The translations under genes and the position numbers were made by a program. Positions 29,049 to 36,261 of a stretch of 64,000 nucleotides of DNA are shown one piece after another. How positions within the stretch are numbered: position 1 is the first letter of the stretch; each line of letters opens with the position of its first letter. The DNA is taken from positions 26,998 to 90,997 of the forward strand of contig JALSOQ010000010.1 in the NCBI GenBank assembly GCA_026986375.1, given 5' to 3'. The notes beneath the pieces are model-generated. The model was not told the DNA's origin and searched no databases. It saw only the letters and a list, made by a program, of their open reading frames with translations. Source of the DNA: Archaeoglobaceae archaeon. GTDB taxonomy: Archaea; Halobacteriota; Archaeoglobi; Archaeoglobales; Archaeoglobaceae.

Positions 29049-29453
29049 ATGGAGAGGCCTATGGGTGTAACGCTGTTGGCGATACTGAACGCCGTTTTCG
29101 GAATGCTGTTCGTATTGGCTGGGCTATCCTTCTTCATGTATAAACCGATTTACGTCGAACTTATAAGGACGAGGATGGCGCACATGCCAATGCCGATTTC
29201 GGAAAAGGAGCTTCTGGCCTTTCTGAACGTATTCGCGATTTCTTCGATAATCGGAGGAATTATCGGAATCTTGGTCGCTTTCGGACTTTGGATGGGTTTC
29301 AGATGGGCTTGGTGGGTTTACATGGTTCTCTTGGGACTAAACTTGATCTCCGCCTTCCTTAGCCTACCTCAGGGGATAATCGGAATAGCGATAGTGCTGA
29401 TCATAATGTTTTATATGACGAGGCCTCACGTGAGGCGATACTTCAACGTGTGA
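29049..29453 (+). CDS. membrane protein (hypothetical)
   Basis: 134 aa with four hydrophobic helices. Confidence 0.4.
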   Translation: MERPMGVTLLAILNAVFGMLFVLAGLSFFMYKPIYVELIRTRMAHMPMPISEKELLAFLNVFAISSIIGGIIGILVAFGLWMGFRWAWWVYMVLLGLNLISAFLSLPQGIIGIAIVLIIMFYMTRPHVRRYFNV

Positions 29454-30274
29454 GAACCGTCGCAACTTTCGGCTTTAAATTCAAATCCCTCCCTGCAGAA
29501 CGCGTAGCTAATTCCCATTTCTTCGCACCTTTCCGCAATCGGCCTTAAGATTTTCAACCTCAGTTCTTTGGGCATGTAGAGGTATGACCCCACTCTTTCG
29601 GTGTAAATTTTCCTATACTTCTCAACGAGTTCGGGAAAAACCTTCGAGAACCTCGCCATTATATCCCTTCTGAGCTTCAGCGTGGAAGTCACGACGTGAT
29701 CTACGAAATCGCACGTCTCCAAAACCTTCATGGCCTCATCTTCGGTCAGAAAGGGAATCACCGGATCCAACCTCAAGATTACCGGGATTCCGGCATCTTT
29801 AAGCCTTTTTAGCGCCTCTATCCTCCTTTCGGGCTTAGGTGCGTTCGGCTCGATTTTCGATGCTATGGAATCGGATAGGCATGTCACGGTTACGCTCACA
29901 GCACACCTCATTTCCGAAAGGATGTCTACGTCCCTCGCAACTATGTCGCTTTTGGTAACGATTAGCAGTCTGACGTCGTAGTCTTTCATGATTTCGAGGC
30001 ATCTCCTCGTCACTTCGAGCGACATCTCGGCTGGAGGATAGGGATCGCTACTGTTCGACATCGAAATAAGAGCGTTCGCCGGTAGCTTCTGCAGATCCTT
30101 CTCAAGCTTTCTGAAAAGATCTTTTTTGAGCCTTAGGCGGTGGAACTTGGGAATGTAGGTTGCGTAACAGTAGATGCAGTCGTGAGCGCAACCGGTGTAG
30201 GGGTTGAACGAGAACTTCGGAGGGCACGTGCAGAGCTTCGACTTCCAAGGGTCGAAGGGTTTGACGTAGTGCAT
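29426..30274 (-). CDS. radical SAM protein (SplB/SPL-like family)
   Basis: GCAHDCIYCYA CxxxCxxC motif; 282 aa. Confidence 0.7.
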   Translation of the reverse strand: MHYVKPFDPWKSKLCTCPPKFSFNPYTGCAHDCIYCYATYIPKFHRLRLKKDLFRKLEKDLQKLPANALISMSNSSDPYPPAEMSLEVTRRCLEIMKDYDVRLLIVTKSDIVARDVDILSEMRCAVSVTVTCLSDSIASKIEPNAPKPERRIEALKRLKDAGIPVILRLDPVIPFLTEDEAMKVLETCDFVDHVVTSTLKLRRDIMARFSKVFPELVEKYRKIYTERVGSYLYMPKELRLKILRPIAERCEEMGISYAFCREGFEFKAESCDGSHTLKYRLT

Positions 30275-30306
30275 GATGTGTGGTATTCGTATCTGGAAAA
30301 ATCGTT

Positions 30307-30645
30307 TCAGGTGGCGAGACCGATAAGCGTCAGGATTATCATCGGAACTGCCGTGAAGAATGTCATGGCGTAGAATATCTGACTTTCGTAGCCCCTCCTC
30401 ATGGTGTGAACCACGGTTGTGAGGTGTATCAGGTATATTACCGTCGCGGCCATGAATAATACTGGCTCGGATTTCAGAAATGATGGTAGGATGCAGTGCA
30501 CGTAGAGAACGGTCGTGAATGCGGGAAGGGGTTTCAAATTTGCTCTATCGTCCCTCTTAATCGGTTTGAGTTTAATCTCCACTCTCTCGCCGCCGTAATA
30601 CCTAATCACACACCATTCGACGCTTTCGCATTTCGGGCACCTCAA
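30307..30645 (-). CDS. small membrane protein with an N-terminal CxxC (hypothetical)
   Basis: MRCPKCES start followed by two TM helices. ATGA-type overlap with the upstream small ORF. Confidence 0.35.
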   Translation of the reverse strand: MRCPKCESVEWCVIRYYGGERVEIKLKPIKRDDRANLKPLPAFTTVLYVHCILPSFLKSEPVLFMAATVIYLIHLTTVVHTMRRGYESQIFYAMTFFTAVPMIILTLIGLAT

Positions 30646-30893
30646 AAGCTTGTAGTACGTTTGGTGAGGTGATAGAACGGAGTCCGAAAAGTTCGGTTTG
30701 AAAGTGTGCCCTGTATTTTACCGTAAATATGTCTTATGAGCACCATCACTACGAATACAACGTAAGCGATGACCAACGGTTTCAGACTTTCTGGAAGCAC
30801 TATTGCCATGAAGATTGTTGGAGGAACTGCGAGGATGAAGGTCAAAAACATGAAGCGTAAAAGTGGATCAGCCATGAATCTGGATCTCATCAA
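30642..30893 (-). CDS. small membrane protein (hypothetical)
   Basis: 83 aa with two TM helices; translationally coupled to 30307-30645. Confidence 0.35.
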   Translation of the reverse strand: MMRSRFMADPLLRFMFLTFILAVPPTIFMAIVLPESLKPLVIAYVVFVVMVLIRHIYGKIQGTLSNRTFRTPFYHLTKRTTSF

Positions 30894-30970
30894 CGATATT
30901 TGAAACTTTCAGATACGCCCATTGCGATTATTAGATCGTGTTAAGTCTAATTTTCCGATTAAATCCTCAG

Positions 30971-31081
30971 CTAATGACAGTAAAATTTAAAACTTCCTGC
31001 TTTGGATTGTATTGCCAAAGAACATCGATTACTTCTTTTGTGTGCGCAAGGAAAAGGATTATCGCATATACACATTTTCAT
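30971..31081 (-). CDS. candidate 36-aa cysteine-rich small protein (MKMCICDNPFPCAHKRSNRCSLAIQSKAGSFKFYCH)
   Basis: Not in the ORF track (<60 aa). ATG at 31081 with GGAGGT 6 nt upstream, the same RBS type as the other island genes; TAG stop at 30971-30973. Confidence 0.25.
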   Translation of the reverse strand: MKMCICDNPFPCAHKRSNRCSLAIQSKAGSFKFYCH

Positions 31082-31128
31082 GCTTTAACCTCCTTAATTA
31101 TTTTTATTTTATAAAAATTTAAAAATAA

Positions 31129-32009
31129 TTATTTAGTTCGTGCATAATCACAGATGTCTCTTAGAGGGCATTCGGGACATTTTGGATCGTGTTCTTCACA
31201 CTACTTTCTTCCGACGTTCCAAAACAGTGTGTCAATTCTTGCGGGGAATTCTGGAAAGATGAATCTCGCAATAAGTTGAATATCCTTGTCTACTTGATCA
31301 GTTTTTCTATATTTCCAATACAGATACCATGGTATCCATCCTATATTTTTGAAAACTCTACTAGCGACTTTTCTAACGTGAACATCGATTGGAATGGGAA
31401 TGTATTCCTTACCTTCATCTGTAACTTTAAAGTTAGGTAGTTTTTCTTTAATTTGATCGAACCATGGGTGTCTCGGCATCAGACCATTTTCCCTGTATAT
31501 AAAATCTCTTACGAGAACGCTTGCATTCTTCTCGCCGATACCAGGTATATTTCTAAACATAAAGTATAGCTCTATGCAACTATATTCTCTGTTCTCAAAC
31601 ATAGTTATTAGGTGTTTGATTTTTGAAATTTTGAAATTAATGCTTTGTTTATATCCCTTGAAACGCCATTTATATAGTCCTCACAGTCTTTTTCAGAGCA
31701 TTTACTGGAAAACTTGTCAGAAAAATACTCCCTCACTAAGCTTTTGATATCTGCTGAAAGTATTTCATTTGGTTCTAAGCTTCCAATTCGTTCAAGAAGC
31801 CAATGTGGAAATTCAAATGCATGATCGGCACTTTTAAGCCCATATCTGTTGCATATGAAACCCAATAGCGGTGCAAAGTCGTAATTGCTTAAAGTTTCAT
31901 AAGCTTCTTTTTTCAAGTCCATCCAAGCTTCTTTACAAAATTCCTTTTCCCACTTTTCGCAGATTTTTCTAATCTCCTCTACCTTCGTCTTAAAATCCTC
32001 AAATTGCAC
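31129..32009 (-). pseudogene. endonuclease III-type HhH-GPD/[4Fe-4S] DNA glycosylase gene in three fragments. Probably a pseudogene; recoding is the alternative.
   Basis: Fragment 1 is 32009-31608 (N-terminal helices). TAA plus 2 nt and a frame change follow. Fragment 2 is 31602-31204 (IPGIGEKNASVL HhH with Lys, PIDVHVRKV Asp motif, ...FWNVGRK). An in-frame TAG (31203-31201) follows. Fragment 3 is CEEHDPKCPECPLRDICDYARTK (31200-31132), a perfect C-x6-C-x2-C-x5-C motif, then TAA. Confidence 0.6.
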
Positions 32010-32080
32010 TTTATCACCTCCACTAATTATTTAATTATTTTAATAAAAAATAAAGGTAAAATTAAAAATTTATATAAAAA

Positions 32081-32671
32081 TTAAATCATTGTTGGCTCCC
32101 AAAATGCAATCCAGACTTTTATCATTTTCTCGATAAGACTTTTTCTTTCAGATAGTAGTGGTCTTTCGGAATATTTCTCACCCAAGTATATCCTTAAACC
32201 TTCTCTACCAGTTTTAAGACTCAATCCTAACTTTCTCGCAATCTCTTCCATTCTTTCTTCTGGAATCTTCATTTTGGATTTGTCGATAATACCCCGAACT
32301 ATTCCGTATTTCTGTTTTACGAATATCTCATTGTTCTCGTCTGCCCATATGTCTTTAGCCTTTCTTGCGTTGAGGTAAGTAGATATGGATTTTGCTCCAC
32401 CTATCCATCCATCAATGTTCTTTTTCCCCCACCACATTTCAAATCTATATAATTTACCGTTTACATCCGCTAAGACATCCAAAACTTCCAAAATATTATC
32501 CAATGCCTGTTTTTTCTCTTCATTCGATAAAACAGCGTATGCCGGTTCTTTTTTCGTTTGCTTAATTTCGAGAATTTTTACATCTAATCTGCTATTACCT
32601 TCAGAAGATTTTTCATCCGTTTGTTGTATTATATAAATCCAAGCACCGCAGTTTGGACACCTTATTTTCAT
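32081..32671 (-). CDS. hypothetical protein with an N-terminal CxxC
   Basis: 196-aa ORF (MKIRCPNCGAW...) with GAGGTGA 7 nt upstream of the ATG. No recognisable domain. Confidence 0.5.
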   Translation of the reverse strand: MKIRCPNCGAWIYIIQQTDEKSSEGNSRLDVKILEIKQTKKEPAYAVLSNEEKKQALDNILEVLDVLADVNGKLYRFEMWWGKKNIDGWIGGAKSISTYLNARKAKDIWADENNEIFVKQKYGIVRGIIDKSKMKIPEERMEEIARKLGLSLKTGREGLRIYLGEKYSERPLLSERKSLIEKMIKVWIAFWEPTMI

Positions 32672-32811
32672 CTTTTTATCACCTCAAAATTACGTTGTAG
32701 AAAGCTAATTTAAATTTTTTGGTAGAAGATGATTAGAAGGTGTTAGTAAGGTAAGAGTAGATAATCTTTATTTAATAAAATCTAAAAATAAATTTAAAAA
32801 ATTTAAAAATT

Positions 32812-33486
32812 TTAAGGATCATTTAGAAGTCTTTTAACTTCTTCTATGAACGTTTTTGGATCGTTTTTAGCCAGATTTCTTAAACGCTCTCCATTTCTTG
32901 CTCTTATTTCGAAAAAGGCATCGATGTATGGGTAATCTTCTAATTTAACTTTAGGCAATAAACTTACTTTGAGCTCTTTTTCCAATTTCTTTAAACAAAC
33001 TTCCTTCGTCGATTTAGGTAGTTCCAAATTTTTGGGTAGTCTTAGCTTCCATAGTCTTACGAAATCGCATCCTACCCACGGTCCTATTTCTGCACCACCG
33101 AATCCGTGAGTTTTTCTTATTGCAGTGTAAAACTCCTCTGGATTTTTAATATGAGTTAAGTCGTCTCTTTGAAGGTTGTATATCTCATCTAATGCCAGTA
33201 TACTCTTCACACCATTGAGAAAACGTTTTCTGTTGAACTTTATCTTTGAAGCCAAGTCTTCCAGTTTGATATCGCTTAAACGCCTCAAATAACTTGGTAT
33301 GTTCCTTTTACTTCCAGCAATCGTTTCAAGTCTTTCAAAACATCTCTTAGCGAATTTATCACCTCTGCCAGTTGTAGTAAATAATGCATATAGCATGCCA
33401 TTGAAGGGAATATCCGAACTTTTCCACTTAAGACATTCATTTTTACCCAACAAAACCATCTTTTCAATAATATCCTTCGCATTCAT
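32812..33486 (-). CDS. hypothetical protein, possibly an HhH-GPD-like (DNA glycosylase superfamily) fold
   Basis: GGAGGTG lies 6 nt upstream of the ATG at 33486. RKTHGFGGAEIGPWVGCDFVR resembles a helix-hairpin-helix GxG loop preceded by a helical N-domain laid out like the neighbouring EndoIII-like gene. No FeS motif. Confidence 0.45.
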   Translation of the reverse strand: MNAKDIIEKMVLLGKNECLKWKSSDIPFNGMLYALFTTTGRGDKFAKRCFERLETIAGSKRNIPSYLRRLSDIKLEDLASKIKFNRKRFLNGVKSILALDEIYNLQRDDLTHIKNPEEFYTAIRKTHGFGGAEIGPWVGCDFVRLWKLRLPKNLELPKSTKEVCLKKLEKELKVSLLPKVKLEDYPYIDAFFEIRARNGERLRNLAKNDPKTFIEEVKRLLNDP

Positions 33487-33532
33487 AACCCCACCTCCCA
33501 ACCAATTTAAAGAAATTTTAAAATTAAAAATT

Positions 33533-34273
33533 TTAAAAATTTACTTCATTGGTAAACTTGGTTTTAGTTTTTATCTGCTCTATCTTTTCCAGAATCAGCG
33601 GAATGGTTAAGTTGATCGTTTTCGTCTCATCGGGCATGATCGTTTCGGTTTTAATCGCTTTTTCGCTATAACCTTGATATTCCGCAGAAACCCTTACAGT
33701 CATTGGATAATCTTCCCGATTAGTAAACTTGAACTCTATGTCTGGAAATCCCTGATGATAGAATGCGTTATAGAAAGCTAACGGATACGGTGTGTAAAAC
33801 ATCGTTTTGACTCCGAGTTTTGCTACACCGTAACCAAGTGGATAAAGAAACACTTCCTGAACCACAGAATCTAAAGTTTTACCGTTCTCTACCAGCTCTA
33901 TAACAACTCTGTACGTTTTAGCTTGATATTCAGGACTAAGAGTTAGATCAGCAGAATATGTTCCTCTCTTGTCAGCCTTCTTTACGCATTGTATTATAAC
34001 TTCATCAGTATCTGGGTCCATTAGTTTAAAGTAAAGTGTAACTGGTCGATCGGTTATGACTTCTACATTAGTTCTTACAGTGTCCTTATTTTTGTCAGCG
34101 TCTTCCGTATCGACAGCTTGGCAGTTGTAATTCTTAATGTGTGGCTTAGTTACTAAAGTCAAAGGTGTTACGGTTGGAGTAGCTATAGGTTTTACTTCTT
34201 CCTTCTCAGCACAGCCTACCAGCAATAAGGAAGTTAGGACTAAAATCAATATTGCTCGACTACCGAAAACCAT
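33533..34273 (-). CDS. putative secreted lipoprotein (hypothetical)
   Basis: Signal peptide plus lipobox-like LLLVGC, a Thr/Pro linker, then a beta-rich body. GAGGTG upstream; the ATG at 34273 is preferred over 34285. Confidence 0.6.
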   Translation of the reverse strand: MVFGSRAILILVLTSLLLVGCAEKEEVKPIATPTVTPLTLVTKPHIKNYNCQAVDTEDADKNKDTVRTNVEVITDRPVTLYFKLMDPDTDEVIIQCVKKADKRGTYSADLTLSPEYQAKTYRVVIELVENGKTLDSVVQEVFLYPLGYGVAKLGVKTMFYTPYPLAFYNAFYHQGFPDIEFKFTNREDYPMTVRVSAEYQGYSEKAIKTETIMPDETKTINLTIPLILEKIEQIKTKTKFTNEVNF

Positions 34274-34384
34274 TCTCTGCATCACCTCTCTAAATTTTTT
34301 TATTTAAATATTTTTATAAAAAAATAAAATAAAAATATTGGCAAAATATTTATGATTTTTGGGTGACTGACACAGTTTTAAAAG

Positions 34385-34665
34385 TTGGTACTGCCACCTT
34401 CTACTCTCACTGATCCTACTGGCATATCTCCCACGTTCGCCCCCGTCCCCGAATACTGCACACCGAAGTCGGGAATTTGGGGGAGTCCCCCATGCCATGA
34501 ACCACCGTGTGGACGGGCGTTGAAACCCGTCCCGATCGAACATTAGGACGGGGACGAACGCCCTTCTGCCCAACCGCCCACCACCCCCGTAAAAATCCCG
34601 GCCCGACTCGGGGGCCCACGTCGGGCCGTTCATCTCATGTTTGTCTTTGCGTATCGATGCATCCC
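34385..34665 (-). ncRNA. unclassified GC-rich structured RNA candidate (boundaries approximate)
   Basis: GC-rich block inside AT-rich DNA with no credible ORF. Helices: 34598-34606/34619-34627 (9 bp), 34510-34516/34525-34531 (7 bp), 34478-34490 hairpin, and long-range 34433-34447/34545-34559 (15 bp). The single non-Watson-Crick pair in the long helix is G:U only on the minus strand. Confidence 0.5.
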
Positions 34666-34822
34666 CACATCCGTTTGCATGTCCGAGTATATATATATTC
34701 ATGACATGATCTGAACATATATATTTATTCATATAAACGCATGCTTGCATTTATAAATGTATTTATTTTCGTCCGTAAATATAAAAAATGATATATATTT
34801 TGATTTAGAGTTCGTAAAAAAA

Positions 34823-35353
34823 CTACCCGAAATATAGCTCCTTATTTATCCAGGGGATCAAGGCCATCGTTACCGCTATCCTCGTAAGCTCTACCCTCGA
34901 AATGACGCCCTTCGTGAGGTAGTGAATGGCACCCATCCTTTCTCCGATGTTATCTATGCCCGTTATCTCCTCCATCACGTCTCCGACTTCCTTCCCCTTC
35001 AAAGCCTCCTTAACGACGCAAGGTGGAAACTCGAATCCCGGGCCGAATCCTATCGTGAACCTCTCGCCGTCGTAAACCACAGCGACTTGGAAGTCCATGT
35101 AGCCCGTCATCGTATTCTCCATACTGAATAATCCAGCTTCAACCCCTACGCTGAAGTCGCAGTCGTCAAAAGCCCTTATGGCTCTATTTATGGCTCCCCT
35201 AACGACGTCATAATCGAAGGGCTGGGGAGGAACTCCGGAATCGACCGATTTAGGTATAACTTCCACTTCACCGAAGAACCGCTCGAATGCGAGTCTTACC
35301 CCTTCAACCTTCGTCGGATTTTTCGAACCGACGACAACCCTCATCATGATCAA
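34823..35353 (-). CDS. non-canonical purine NTP phosphatase (inosine/xanthosine triphosphatase, YjjX/DUF84 family)
   Basis: The VVVGSKNPTKVEGVRLAF N-terminus is typical of the family; 176 aa. Confidence 0.7.
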   Translation of the reverse strand: MIMMRVVVGSKNPTKVEGVRLAFERFFGEVEVIPKSVDSGVPPQPFDYDVVRGAINRAIRAFDDCDFSVGVEAGLFSMENTMTGYMDFQVAVVYDGERFTIGFGPGFEFPPCVVKEALKGKEVGDVMEEITGIDNIGERMGAIHYLTKGVISRVELTRIAVTMALIPWINKELYFG

Positions 35354-36234
35354 TAACCCAACTCCCCCAATCTCTCCTTCAAAACTTCCGCGGATCTCCT
35401 GAGGTATTCAAGCTCCTCATCCGTAAATTCGTATTCTACTATTTCCTCGACGCCGTTCTTTCCTAAGATCGCCGGAACTCCTAATGCGACTCCATCGATT
35501 CCGAACTCCCCCTGCAAAACCACACTCGTAGGAATCTCCTCTCTCGTATCTTCTACTACCGCTCTGACCATCCTGTAAACGCATACTGCGGGGCCGTAAA
35601 ACGTGGCCCCCTTTCTCCTTATGACTTCCGCCGCAATCGACCTCGTATCCTCAACCGCTCTATCCAAATCCACGCTCCCCTCTACCTCCACGACGCTCTT
35701 GGGTAGGAACATCGTATCTCCGTGTTCACCCATCATGAAAACCTTCTTTGGCTTTCCACCCAAAGCGACTATTCTCTCCTTTAGTCTAACCGTGTCCAGC
35801 AAGCTACCCATTCCGAAAACCTCATTCCTCGGCTTTCCTGTTTCTTTCCACATTACGTAGGTCATAACGTCCAGAGGATTCGTAACTACGAGAATCTTGC
35901 TCTCCGGTGAGTTCTGCATTATCTTTTTGGCCACATCTTTAATTATTCCGGCATTCTTTGTAGCTAAATCCAGTCTGCTCATCCCCGGTTTTCTCGCAAT
36001 TCCCGCGGTTACGACTATTATCTCGCTACCTTTAAGCAATCCGAAATCAGAACCTCCGACGATCTTAGGATACTTCTCCAAAGCAGAAGCTGCGTGTGCC
36101 AGATCCATCGCCTCTCCAATGGCCAGATCCTCGACGATGTCTACGAGCGCCATTTCCTCGACGTTTAAGTGTTGAATACACGTGAAGGCTGAAGCCGATC
36201 CTACCCTTCCCGCTCCGACGAAACCTATTTTCAT
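35350..36234 (-). CDS. mdh: malate dehydrogenase (LDH-like MDH family)
   Basis: MKIGFVGAGRVGSA Rossmann motif, TAGIARKPGMSRLDL substrate loop, GEHGD catalytic His. Confidence 0.8.
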   Translation of the reverse strand: MKIGFVGAGRVGSASAFTCIQHLNVEEMALVDIVEDLAIGEAMDLAHAASALEKYPKIVGGSDFGLLKGSEIIVVTAGIARKPGMSRLDLATKNAGIIKDVAKKIMQNSPESKILVVTNPLDVMTYVMWKETGKPRNEVFGMGSLLDTVRLKERIVALGGKPKKVFMMGEHGDTMFLPKSVVEVEGSVDLDRAVEDTRSIAAEVIRRKGATFYGPAVCVYRMVRAVVEDTREEIPTSVVLQGEFGIDGVALGVPAILGKNGVEEIVEYEFTDEELEYLRRSAEVLKERLGELGY

Positions 36235-36261
36235 GGGCCAAAGTCACCTCCAAAAATGTAA

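Larger units (their letters stand above)
30895..34820. other. AT-rich genomic island, putative horizontally acquired accessory region
   Basis: Composition drops abruptly: by eye roughly one third G+C, against about one half in the flanks. Five minus-strand ORFs are each separated by 30-140 nt A/T-only spacers. One embedded GC-rich block. No integrase or flanking direct repeat was found. Confidence 0.6.

Noticed and set aside
31201-31203. The in-frame TAG as a pyrrolysine codon.
   Set aside because: No pyl genes are visible in this window, and as far as I know Pyl decoding is not known in Archaeoglobus-type archaea. The gene also carries a second lesion (TAA plus a frame shift at about 31603-31607). 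A pseudogene is therefore more parsimonious. It is kept as a test in the findings, not as a claim.
31085-34350. AT-rich AAAATTTAAAAAT-like intergenic repeats in the island, considered as a CRISPR array or tandem repeat family.
   Set aside because: They have no constant repeat unit or regular spacing and are low-complexity A/T runs. They are best explained as terminator T-tracts plus TATA/BRE-rich promoters between independently transcribed genes.
34385-34665. Identification of the GC-rich element as RNase P RNA, SRP RNA or a multi-hairpin H/ACA sRNA.
   Set aside because: GAUGAACGGCCC and GCAGAAGGGCGUUC superficially mimic the CR-I/CR-V P4 strands, but they lie only about 60 nt apart and overlap other, stronger helices. 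There is no GGAAAGUCC-type motif, no SRP helix-8 GGAA/AGCA motif, and no pocket-plus-ACA arrangement after the stems. These identities cannot be fully excluded without covariance-model searches.
34304-34750. The 148-aa minus-strand ORF and the 65-67-aa ORFs covering the GC-rich block, considered as protein genes.
   Set aside because: The sequence is G/R/P-rich nonsense flanked by AT-rich junk codons, with no RBS. The region is better explained by nested RNA helices.
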